This document shows positions 1 to 10,345 of a stretch of DNA of 64,000 bases, piece after piece. Made by a program: the position numbers and the translations under genes. Source of the stretch: Camelus ferus (taxonomy: Eukaryota). The stretch covers positions 20,896,001-20,960,000 of the forward strand of contig NC_045696.1 of assembly GCF_009834535.1 (NCBI RefSeq), read 5' to 3'. Below the pieces are notes generated by a model. It was not told the origin of the DNA. It was given only the letters and a program-made list of their open reading frames with translations, and searched no databases. The stretch's first letter is position 1, and the number at the start of each line of letters is the position of its first letter.

Positions 1-739
1 AACTATTATAACTGCGTTGAAAGTTACTACTTAAGCTCCTGTGGCTATTATGCGGATAATTCTCTTGGATGAATTAGCCACTTTATTTAATATAATTACA
101 GATTTGTTAAGCTAAACATTCCACAGCCAAGAAAACATCTGATCCTTCCTTTATGCAGAAAAACATCATGTTGTACTAACAACTATGCTTTAGCTCTAAT
201 GAAGAGTGTTGTCTAAGAGTGTTGTCTAAGCTGATTTTACACTCAGTGTGAATAAAAGAGATAAGTAGAATGAGAACTTAGCATAATGATCCGTGCCATG
301 TTCCTAAAGTACCAGCAGACTAAATATTATAATTTAATGTATTTATGAAAAAAACCTCTGATTTAAAGCATTTATATGCTTGGACATTATTTATATTTTT
401 ATACCATGTAGTAATTGTTCTGATCTGATAATTCCTCAATAGGAATTTCTTGTGTTTTGAAATTTAAGTGTTTTGAAATTTTTAGGAGCTTATCTTTTTA
501 AAATTAATATATTCTTCCTAGAGCTTAACCCTAATTTAATATAAAGACTCAGATAAGATTTTTCTCTTCCAGATTTAGATGAGTTTTCTGAGACATAAGC
601 ATATTTGTTATTTCTTAATCAAAATGAAAGAAAACATATTATATCTGTTTATTTTTGTGATTAACAAGGTACTGGGACTCCACTAGAGCACAGATTCGTT
701 TGATCCACACCTTTCTGAATAAGTAGCTATAGCTCATTT

Positions 740-1379
740 TGTAACCGGTGTTCCAGGATCTTGTTCCGTCCCAGAAAGAATTCAAAGACGAGACATGGAG
801 GTTAAAAAAGTAAAATGAGGCTTTATTAAGGGATGGATAGTACATTCTCAAGGGGAGAGCGGGCAGGCTCAGGTGAGCAGCTGCCCTGAGTTTCTTTGGC
901 AAGTTGGTTACATAGGGTGTAAAAATGAATGGGCAGAATATTCATTGGGGAGGGAAGGATTTGGGGTCGTATTCCCTGATTATCATCCCAACTCCACCTT
1001 CCCAAAGGGAGGAGGGATTTTCGTCCTTATTTAGTCTGGATCGGAAGTGTCATGGCGTCGGTGCATGATGGGTACTTCTGGTCTGCAAAGTTAATTTTAT
1101 TGAAGTGAGGGCAAATGAGCAAAAGGTTACATTCGGACACTAGAAATTCCAGCCTTTCTCACTTTTGTTTGTTAGCCTCTGGGCCACTCATCACCCCCAA
1201 AGTATGACCACTTATCAGCCCAGTTTCGTGCTTTTCTTTCTCTGCCCAGGGACCCCTGGTGCTTACATGATGTTTGGTTTCCTGCATTTGGCCTGTGTCT
1301 CTCCTTTCTGCCCAATTCCTGCCATCTGGTCTGCGTCCCCTTTTCTCTGCTCATATCTAGCTATCTGCCTGCTCTAACA
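740..1379 (-). mobile_element. Young ERV1-type solo LTR
   Basis: TG...CA termini (tgtaacc...ctaaca); 4-bp TSD-like flanks attt/gttt; AATAAA on - strand (ctttatt 821-827); more CpG retained than in the flanks. Confidence 0.8.
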
Positions 1380-1683
1380 GTTTTATTTTCTAACAAGCAA
1401 CAAATGCAAGACAGCAGTTTAAAATGAGGTAACATGAAATTGGACTATTTTCCTTTTAACTATGTTCTAACTCTGAATTACTTTATTATGTTCTGTTATA
1501 AATCTTGTTTTGCCAAACAGGCTGCCTTTTACCTATCTCTTTTATTTCACACCAGTTTTGGAGACTTAGGTTTCTTTAAGAGTCTATCAAAAAAATTAGA
1601 TCGTCTTGCCAGCTAACAGGCTTGCACTCCTGTCTCTACATCCTCTCTTTATAGCTCAAAATACTTTTGACGTGCATGTCTCG

Positions 1684-2135
1684 TGGCAACTCTAAAGAAG
1701 ACACACAGCAAGAGATGTGAGTTGAAGTTTTATTCGGAGTCTTGCCGAGGATTGTAGCCCAGGAGACTGACAGTTAGCCTTGAGGAACTGCTCTGAGGAC
1801 ATAGGGGAGAAGTCAGTTTACATATGACTTTTGACTAGGAAATACATGTAGTCAGGCATACATCTTGGTGAAAGATTACTGCTGATCACAAAGAACAAAT
1901 AGCTTAAGTTAATGATTATAGTGCTTTTCTCTTGTATGGGAGGAGGCAAGAATCTGGGGCCATTGAAATTCTTCCTGGGATATGCATATAACTATCCAAG
2001 GGCCTGCTGGTCCAAAGCACAGAGTGCCTCTTCCTGTGGCTCATCCTGAATTTTTTGGGGGGTGCACTGTTGGTGGTCAATTACAGTGAGTGAGCCTTGG
2101 AGAACTGGGTGGTGAGCAACACTCTTTTTCGTAGG
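1684..2135 (-). mobile_element. MER41-like ERV1 solo LTR (artiodactyl MER41_BT-like)
   Basis: Blocks such as gagatgtgagttgaagttttatt, gttaatgattatagtgcttttct and agcacagagtgcctc resemble the reverse complement of MER41-family LTRs; boundaries approximate. Confidence 0.7.
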
Positions 2136-3924
2136 GATCCTAATTTTTCTGCCTGCACACTAGCCACCAGGTGTGAATAGATAAACTTGCATATGTTGAT
2201 AAAGGGAGACTTACTGCTGAAAGTATGGTAGATACAACAGGATCTCTAGCTACATTCTGGCAGTCTATGCACTGTAGAAAATAAATAAACTTCCTGAACA
2301 AGTGAAATGTTTCCTCAAGATATGGAGCGAAGTGAGGAACCTCAGAAGCCATGCCCACAGATCTAATGCAAGGCTGGTCTGTAATAATTAAATCTGGTCT
2401 ACAGTGTAGACTTCTAAAAACAAAACTGGACAGAATTTCTCAGCTTTATTTATTCTGCCCCTTTTTACTTTACTTTTCAATCTCCAGACAACTTCTGTAA
2501 TCTCTTTCACAGCAGCTGTCACTTTCCTACTCTCAAATGCAAATGCACTTCAAGATTTGTATTAGGTAGAGGAGAAAAATAATACTCTGAAGTTAGTTTA
2601 TGCAATGTATGTGAATGCAACAGTGTGCATAGGAGAATCTGTGAAAGTGTGTGTGCTTAAAGGGAAAGTAAATGCCTTGTCTCAGGTCTTAAAAGGTTTT
2701 ATTAATAAACATTGGTTGCACTTATATATATTTGAATCCCTTGCCTCTTGACTGCTCCTTTCAACCAGACTGCCTGCTCTTGACATGTGGTTGGCAAAGA
2801 GTAGTCAACCATATCTAAGCCAAAGGGAAAAGATTTATAACTATTTAATAAAATCTTATCATAAAAAATAACTCTGGAGAAGAATAAAGTGAAAAAGTGC
2901 AGTGGAGCATTTCACATACTCTGCTAACCCTGAACCAAAAAAAAAGAAAGAAAAAAAAAAAACCCATAAGCATGTTTGACTGTCCTTTATGATTGGATTA
3001 CTGCACTCTGTTGATTCTTATTTTGTGGTTGGCTTTATTCCTTTGATAACTATGTAAGTTTAAAAAGCTAAAGCTCTAAACTGTTCTTAGAAACAATGAA
3101 CAGTACATACATGTAAATTTTTAAAATGTGTGCAGTATATTGTATATATGCATTTACATGCAATATATTGTATATATGCAGTCAAATTGTAACAGTTCTA
3201 AGTAATAAAACTGAAAAAAAACAAAAACAAAAGGATTTTTTAAAATTAAAAAATATTTTAAAGGTTTGAACACACAAATATAGCTAAGGCACTTTTTGTT
3301 TCTGTTCATATATAGAGTGTCTCTGTAAATACAAGTACACAAATTACAGTTTTGATATAGGTAATCTTTAAACATCTGTGATTTCTAAAAATATCAGAAA
3401 GGATATGTCACATTGTGAAATGAAGGTATAGGCTAATTCATAATTTTTCTGCATGGAATCAAGAGATGTCTTTTAATTGTCCAGGGCTCTAGGTACAATA
3501 TATATATGAAAAACATCACCTGAGATGTAATTAGATGTAAAATTGAAAACCAGTATAATATTTACACCTTCATTGCTTCTGTGGTCGCTTTAGGGCAATT
3601 AAAACTAATTAAAAACACAGAGAGAAACCAGGACACATCTGGTTTGACAGTGAGAGCCATGGGATATGTTTATGCTTCTACAACTGACTATTAAGGTTCA
3701 AACTAAAACAAAGACCTTTTGTCCCAAGCCATTGTTAAAATTTTTGGTATACTCTTCATTTGATGTCTGCCAAGTAGCTTCTGGTAGCATGTATACCAGT
3801 ACATCCATACATTATCATTAGCTGAAGCCAGTGAAGCTCCCACAATCCAAGAGCATATTATTCAGATCAGCAGCTTACTGTATTATTCTATTATTCAAAC
3901 ATTCATGTTTAAGAAGTTAATTTT

Positions 3925-4155
3925 TTTAGACTAAGCACCAGAATGTGTTCACATTTCACCAGTTTCCTCATTAATGAACTTTATCTGTCGTAGGATCCAA
4001 GCTGACACACCAGCCTGCTCTAGTCTGTGCCGGTTTTCCAAGCTCTCTTTACTTCTCATGACCTTGAGATTTTTGAGGCATATTTGGTCAGGTACTTTAT
4101 AGTATGTCCCTCAAATGAGGTGTGTCTGATACTTTTCTTATAATTTGAGTCTAGT
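3925..4155 (-). mobile_element. Old L1 (L1MC/MD-like) 3' UTR fragment
   Basis: ttcacatttcaccagttt...catgaccttga...ggtcaggtactttatagtatgtccctcaa...tgtctgat resembles the L1MC 3' UTR in antisense. Confidence 0.7.
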
Positions 4156-4159
4156 CTCT

Positions 4160-4810
4160 TGGATTCTAGAATACCACACTTTCTTTCCTTATTATCCTGC
4201 TATAACATTGTTTCTCGGTCAGATTTGCTGCTTTTTCTTCTTTTCCCCGACCTTTAACTTTGAGTGAGCAACAACTACAAAGAAAAGTTAATGATGTGAG
4301 GTGATCGAGGTGTTGGTTATGTTAACTGTCTTGATCTTGGTAATCATTTCACAATGCATATGTAATCAAAATATCACGTAGACTTTAAATATATGCAACT
4401 GAATGTACAATTATTTTTGTCAATCATTCCTAAATAAAGTTGGGGAAAAATATTGAGTGAGTGAGTCAAGACCCAGCCCTAGATCTAGTATCTTTTTTAT
4501 CTACCTCTTTCCCTTGGGGATTTTATCTAGTTCTATGACTTTAAATAACAGTTATGTAGAGATAATTCCCAAATCTAACTCTGGTCATAGTTTATCTTAT
4601 AAATTCAAGATTTATTTTTCAGCTGCCTTTTTGACTCTCTCTTTGAATGCCTTTCAGATTTGTGAAAATTAAAATTTTCAGAACTAAACTCCTAATCTTC
4701 CAACCCTATCTCATGTAAAAATCTGCTGTCTCTGTCTTTTCCCATCTTATTCAATAGTAGCTCCATGTATTCAGGTCCTCAGGCCACAAAACTTGAAGTT
4801 AGACTATAAC
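4160..4810 (+). mobile_element. L2a RT-region fragment, interrupted by an L1 insertion
   Basis: Decayed FKYHLYADDSQIY-like region (tttaaataacagttatgtagagataattcccaaatc); aactaaactcctaatcttcc; caggccacaaaacttgaag. Confidence 0.7.
4269..4452 (+). mobile_element. 5'-truncated L1MA-type 3' end
   Basis: L1MA 3' terminus (ggtaatcatttcacaatg...aataaagttggggaaaaa); 9-bp TSD TTGAGTGAG at 4260-4268 and 4453-4461. Confidence 0.8.
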
Positions 4811-5800
4811 AGTGTTGGTGATCTTAGTAATGAGTCTTAAACTTTTAAACAACAGAAGGCGTTTTTTATTTACGGACTATTTCAGGTCCTAAATGAACTA
4901 AGTTTAATAAAAAAAATTTATGTACCAAAAATTTTCAGAATGTATCCTAAGGATTTGAGGTAGTTGAATGTTTGTTTCAAGAAAATCAGTATGTGTTTCA
5001 ACGTTCCATTAAACCATCATAACTGTCCTGAATCTTGGTTTGATTTCAGAGGATGTGATTCTAAAATGCTGGCCTTACAGAGCCCAGAAGCTTCTCTCAA
5101 ACAATATTTTCATTTTTATGAAATGGGTTCAGATATATTGGAAAAGGAAGCCATCATTTATTAAACAATTATTGGCTGTCAAAAACCCTGCTTAGGACAT
5201 TTATATTCCAGGACTATAATGTATTAGAAACCTGATGACTGGTCCAGGATGGATTGACATTATTGGATCTGTCTGGAACAGTATAATTTTGAAAGGATGA
5301 CCTTCAGGCTGGTATTTGCCTAGGTGAGGCAGACCGCAGGGCCTGTCAGTAGACATCCAGACATGTCCTGCTGGGAGATAAAATATGCTCCATAGTTGTT
5401 AGAAAAGCATTAATCTTAAATTCAGGGCATCAAGCCTACCTATTATGGCAGTTGGCATGCTCTGTCTATCAAATGACAAAATATTCAAACTTAAGATTTT
5501 CATAGTGGCACAAATGTAAATAAATACATCTACTGATATACTGATTCAGTATACGTACTCTGCTTAAAAAGCATTCTGACAATCACTTTTGTCCATTCAG
5601 TCAACAACTCTTATATGATGAAGTGGACCAACATTATAGATCTTTACAGACACCTTTCACTGAGAAGAGAACCATGTCTGTCTATTCAAACCAAGAGTTA
5701 CAGATAAAAACACTGTTCTATACAAAGCATAAAGTTTTTCCCACAAAACTTATTCAATCAAAAGTCAGTACTGAGATGAAAATATTTCATTCAGGCTATA

Positions 5801-5975
5801 CTTGCCAGACAAATACAGGACACTCAGTTAGATTTGAATTCTAGGTAAACAATGTATATTATTTTAGCAATACAATATTTGGATCATACTTATACTAAAT
5901 AAATTTTTCATGGCTTTACTGAAATCAAATTTAACTAGGAGACCTATGTGTTTGTTTGTTAAATCTGGCAACCAT
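5801..5975. mobile_element. MER53-like palindromic hAT MITE
   Basis: ttgccaga...aaatacaggacactcagttagatttgaatt...aaatttaactagg...aaatctggcaacc; self-complementary ends. Confidence 0.75.
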
Positions 5976-6011
5976 GATTATGAAAAAATAACCCACCTAT
6001 GAAATATTTTT

Positions 6012-6205
6012 TTTATTTATTCAGTCAGTACTTATTTATTGAGCACCTAGTGTGTGGCAGTAATACTAATGTACATGCAGGTTTCAGTGAATAAGAGTGG
6101 ATTCAATTCTTCAGAATGCTTTCCATGTTGTAGAAGAGAAAGACAAGTAAATGGGTGCCTCTGAACAGCACGGTAAGTATTGCATTAGGTATTCATGGAA
6201 ACATG
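6012..6205 (-). mobile_element. L2 3' end fragment
   Basis: atttattcagtcag...atttattgagcacctagtgtgtggcag, the typical L2 3' terminus in antisense. Confidence 0.65.
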
Positions 6206-6692
6206 GAAGCTTTTCCTCCCCTATTTGTATTGCCCTTTATGCTGGTAATTGTGAATGTCTTTTAATTGGAATGGGAATTTCATTTTATAGCCAAAGTCAC
6301 TGCATGGTATATAATGTAAAATAGATCATCAATTAGGACAAAGAATTTACCAAATATATTTCATACTGTGTAGAAGAAAATAATTATTGCATTTTAAATT
6401 TTACATCTTTGCAGCTACTAGTATTAGTACAGACTTTTTAACCACCTGAGGCCTATTAATTGGACAGATACTGTACAATATGCTTTGCTTTATTGGTTCT
6501 GATTATAGGAGAGAAAACTACAATATGACATCATTTTAAAATCTTATGAATGCAGAGGTCATCTTCAATTTCTTCAAAATGACACCCATTATATCTTTGA
6601 ATTGAGTATTAACTCAGAGGATACAAAATCTCCACATGTTGCTTTTTCCCTTAACTATAATTTAGATTTAATTTCTGCATTTCATTTTTACT
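6206..6692. repeat. Long inverted repeat, left arm (487 bp)
   Basis: Aligns end to end with the reverse complement of 7348-7841; manual alignment gives ~51 substitutions and 5 small indels. Confidence 0.97.
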
Positions 6693-7347
6693 ACCAGTAG
6701 AAGAGGGTTTTATTTGGCTTATTACCATGAGTCTCAGATTAAGTTAATTATGAGTTACAATTTTCATATTCCTTTAGTTAATTATATACTATTTAAACAG
6801 CTGTCACCATATGTTTTTTGGTTACTTTTTCACTAACATGTGGGAAATTAATAATTTCCACTTGTGGCACAAAAATATAATGTGAGAGATGTATGTCTTT
6901 GATTATAGCTCATAGCTATCTAATGAAAGACCTTTGAATATATGCCACTGTTTCTTATACCTGAAATTGTACCAGTGTCTGAATTAAAATATGAGGAGGA
7001 GGCATAAATCCATGATCACACTCATTGCTAATAATAGTAGCAAATAGTTTATTGTTGTATTAAATTGGAGGTATTCAATTTCTTTCCTAGTTTAACCTAT
7101 CAACATGTAAAATATAAATAAATTTCTCATCTTACTTCATTTTAGGAATAAAACATGGCTTTTTCTTACATTCAGTAAATTTGCTAATTTGCAGCAGAAA
7201 GGGAAAACTCTTTAATGTGACTGTCTCAGGTGAATAACTGTAGTACCATTAGTGACCAAATTACTGGTGAAACATGGTTTCATTAATTTTTTTTTTCCTT
7301 TCAGTGAAGACTGATAAAATAGGGCTAAAAATTGACATGCAAAAGGG

Positions 7348-7841
7348 AGTGAAAATGAAATGGAGAAATTAAATCTGAATTATAGTTAAGGGAAAAGCAA
7401 TGTGTGGAGATTTTCTGTCCTCTGGTTTAATACTCAACTCAAAGATAATGATATAACTAGTGTCATTTTGAGGAAATTGAAGATGACCTCTGCATTCATA
7501 AGATTTTAAAATGACGTCATATTGCAGTTTCTCTGCTATAATCAGAATCAGTAAGGTAAAGTATGTTGTACAGTATTTGTTCAATTAATAGACCTCAGGT
7601 GGTTAAAAAGTCTGTACTAATACTAGTAGTTGCAAGGGTGTAAAATTCAAAACGCAATGATTATTTTCTTCTACATAGTATGAAATAATATTTGGTAATT
7701 TCTTTGTCCTAACTGATGAACTGTTTTGCATTATATATACTAAATAGTGACTGTAGCTATAAAATGAAATTCCCATTCCAATTACAAGATATTCATGATC
7801 ACCAGCATAAAGGGCAATGCAAATAGAGGAGGAAAAGCTTC
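7348..7841. repeat. Long inverted repeat, right arm (494 bp)
   Basis: Reverse complement of 6206-6692 (e.g. cctcaggtggttaaaaagtctgtactaatactagtag vs ctactagtattagtacagactttttaaccacctgagg). Confidence 0.97.
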
Positions 7842-9730
7842 AGTTCGCTAATTCATCAGTATAATTAGCAACATGCTTACACTGTCTCTATCAAGTGAAC
7901 TGGGATGAACATATCTCATTGGTCTTGAGTTGGAGTTACCTAATATGAGGTCACAGTTGCCAATAGTCACTATCCTCAATCCTTGCACATTAGAAAGTTA
8001 AATTAGTTAAATCACAAGTCCTCAGTATTGTCTGAAAACAGTATTTCTCAGATTCTTAAGTAGAGGAAATGTCCTAGGAATTTAAAAGGATGCAGAAAAG
8101 TCTGAGTAAATAAATGTAAAAACATTTAGATTCTGTATAGATTTAATAAAACTATTTAGTTTGATAGAAGGGAAAATATGTGGCTAATAAAATTGTCAAG
8201 ATGAATTTTATGTTCTTTATGGCTTAGACCATAAAGGAAAAGCATTAAAGTTTCTTTTGTGTCTTATCTTAAAGCAAAGTCATAATTTATACAGAACATT
8301 TATAGTAGTTAAATATGTCTTCTGTTTAAGAATACAGTCTCACTCCAGCACAGACACAGGATTAAGCCAAGGAAATATATTCAGTTACCCAAACTTTTTG
8401 GATGGTTTCTTAAAATTGCTGATTATATTAAATTTTGCTCTAAAAGAATAGTGATTTTTTTTAAATGTTTATAAACATCTCTCTAGACATCAGTTCATTT
8501 AGTACCATTTTACAAAACCCCGAACAAAACACTATTAGGGATGAAATCTTTCAAATAAAGATCATACATACAAAAATGTATTCCATATACACTATTATTG
8601 CTCTCTTCTGGATATTGAACCATCACCATCACACTGTGAAATAAATGGGTTCCTGCCTCCTCCTGCGCCTATTTCAGTGACTTTATTTAGTCAAGTAATC
8701 ATATGAAATCCAACGTGATTTTCTGTGTGGGAGATAGGAAAGCAGAGCACAAAAGTGAGATACGGTGGAGCAGAAGAAGAACAAGAGGGAAGGAGCACAA
8801 AGAAAGCATGAAGTCATTTAGTGAGAAGGAGTATGTCCAATCCACAAGAACATTTATGAAATAAACAGAGACATCCCAAACTTCGCAGTGTGAGAAGCTG
8901 TTATTGGTATTGATTTTAGTTTACAAGTTCTTTCTCTCTCTTTCTCATTTAAGAAGGTAACATAAAATCCATAAATAATATGCATCCAGAGAGTCAGTTT
9001 CACTAGAAGGATCCGGAGAACGGCAGCACATTAATCTTGTGACCGTGCATCGGACCACTCAGAGATACAAAATGTAGAAGGGCCTCTCGACGCTCTAAAG
9101 ACATCAGGCTCGTGTTTCTGACCTCACAGCCCCCCGGAGAAATATTTAGTGATGGTAGTGGAAACCCAAAATGTCCATGTACAATCACACGTACATATAC
9201 TAAAGCAAGCACACACAGATATACGCATGAGTAGGCACATAAATGTTACTTGAAATTGTGGGCAGATTAAATATTCACAAAATTAATAGTAACGATTTAG
9301 CCACTACCACTCTCTTTGGTTTGAACCACTATATTCTGGCTTCCTGCTTTATTGTCAATGTGTCTCCTGTGACATCTGTGGCTACTAATACTGCTCTTTG
9401 AGGCATGACCAACAGTGGGAAAGACTCTTGATACATAGCACGCAGCATAGGGACACAGATAACCGAAGGAAAGCATGCCTTTCATAGCATAAGTCCTTTC
9501 AGGTTCAATGAGCACAAAGTAAAAGATTCTTTTCAACTCTTTGCAATAGCACAAATCACCGACAACCTTCAAGTATTCCCTTAGCTTACGATAATAAAAT
9601 AAACAGAAAAGGGAGAAGGAACAGGAAGTGTAAAGGCGACTGCTTTCTGATAAGAATATACATTGTAAAGACAGCCTGGGGAGGACCAAAATCAGAAGGC
9701 CTGGCACCCAGTCACTGAACCAGAAGCCAC

Positions 9731-10092
9731 TGTAATTAGTCAGCCTGAGCTGCCCTAATAGGAGACAACAGACTGGGTGGCTTAAACAACAGAGATTCAT
9801 TTCCTCACAGTTCTGGAGAGTGGAAGGCCAAGTTCAAGGTGCCAAAGGGTTGGTTTCTGGCCAGATGGCCTTTTCTTTGTGTCCTCACATGGCCATCCCT
9901 CTGTGCACATGTGTCCTGGGGTCTCTTCCTCTGCTTATAAGGACATGAATCTTAGTGGATTAAAGTTCTACTCTTACGACATCTTTTAACCTTACTTATC
10001 TCTTAAACAGCTGAATCTCTAAATATATAGTCACATTAGGGGTTAGGGTTTCAACATATGAATTTAGAGGGGACACAATTCAGTCCATAACA
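9731..10092 (-). mobile_element. MaLR solo LTR (MLT1A/B/C-type)
   Basis: gggtggcttaaacaacaga...ctcacagttctgga...caacatatgaattt...cacaattcagtccataaca; degenerate 5-bp TSD gccac/accat. Confidence 0.9.
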
Positions 10093-10109
10093 ACCATCAA
10101 GGAGCTTAT

Positions 10110-10345
10110 ATAAGTGCATAACTCTCCATGGTGGAGTGCCCAGTTTGAGTCATGGCTCTGCACTTACTGCTTCTACTAACCTTGGATGATATAGTTAACT
10201 CTCCAGTACTCAGTTTCTCATCAGTAAAATGGGAATTAGAGCAGTAATTCCTTCATACGATTTTTGTGGAAGTTTAATAAGGTGATTCATATAAAGTTCC
10301 TGCTGTAGGGCTGGGTACATAAAAAAATTATCCATAAATGGTACT
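10110..10345 (+). mobile_element. MIR SINE
   Basis: MIR core ctcagtttctcatcagtaaaatggga. Confidence 0.8.

Noticed and set aside
202..230. 13-bp tandem duplication (aagagtgttgtct x2); similar two-copy duplications at ~3131-3181 and ~47256-47295
   Set aside because: Ordinary slippage duplications; no array or spacer structure, nothing CRISPR-like
1965..1985. Possible STAT1 GAS site in the MER41-like LTR
   Set aside because: The sequence is TTCCTGGGA, not TTCNNNGAA; no intact GAS motif seen
6206..7841. Inverted repeat read as the TIRs of a foldback/Mutator-like DNA transposon
   Set aside because: No TSD in the flanks (acatg / agttc), termini match no TIR I know and the spacer has no transposase trace; a Dfam search is still needed to exclude it fully
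9297..9800. Longest ORF in the window (167 aa, - strand)
   Set aside because: Starts inside an MLT1 LTR, has low-information L/C/S/F-rich composition, and shows no recognisable domain or splice context
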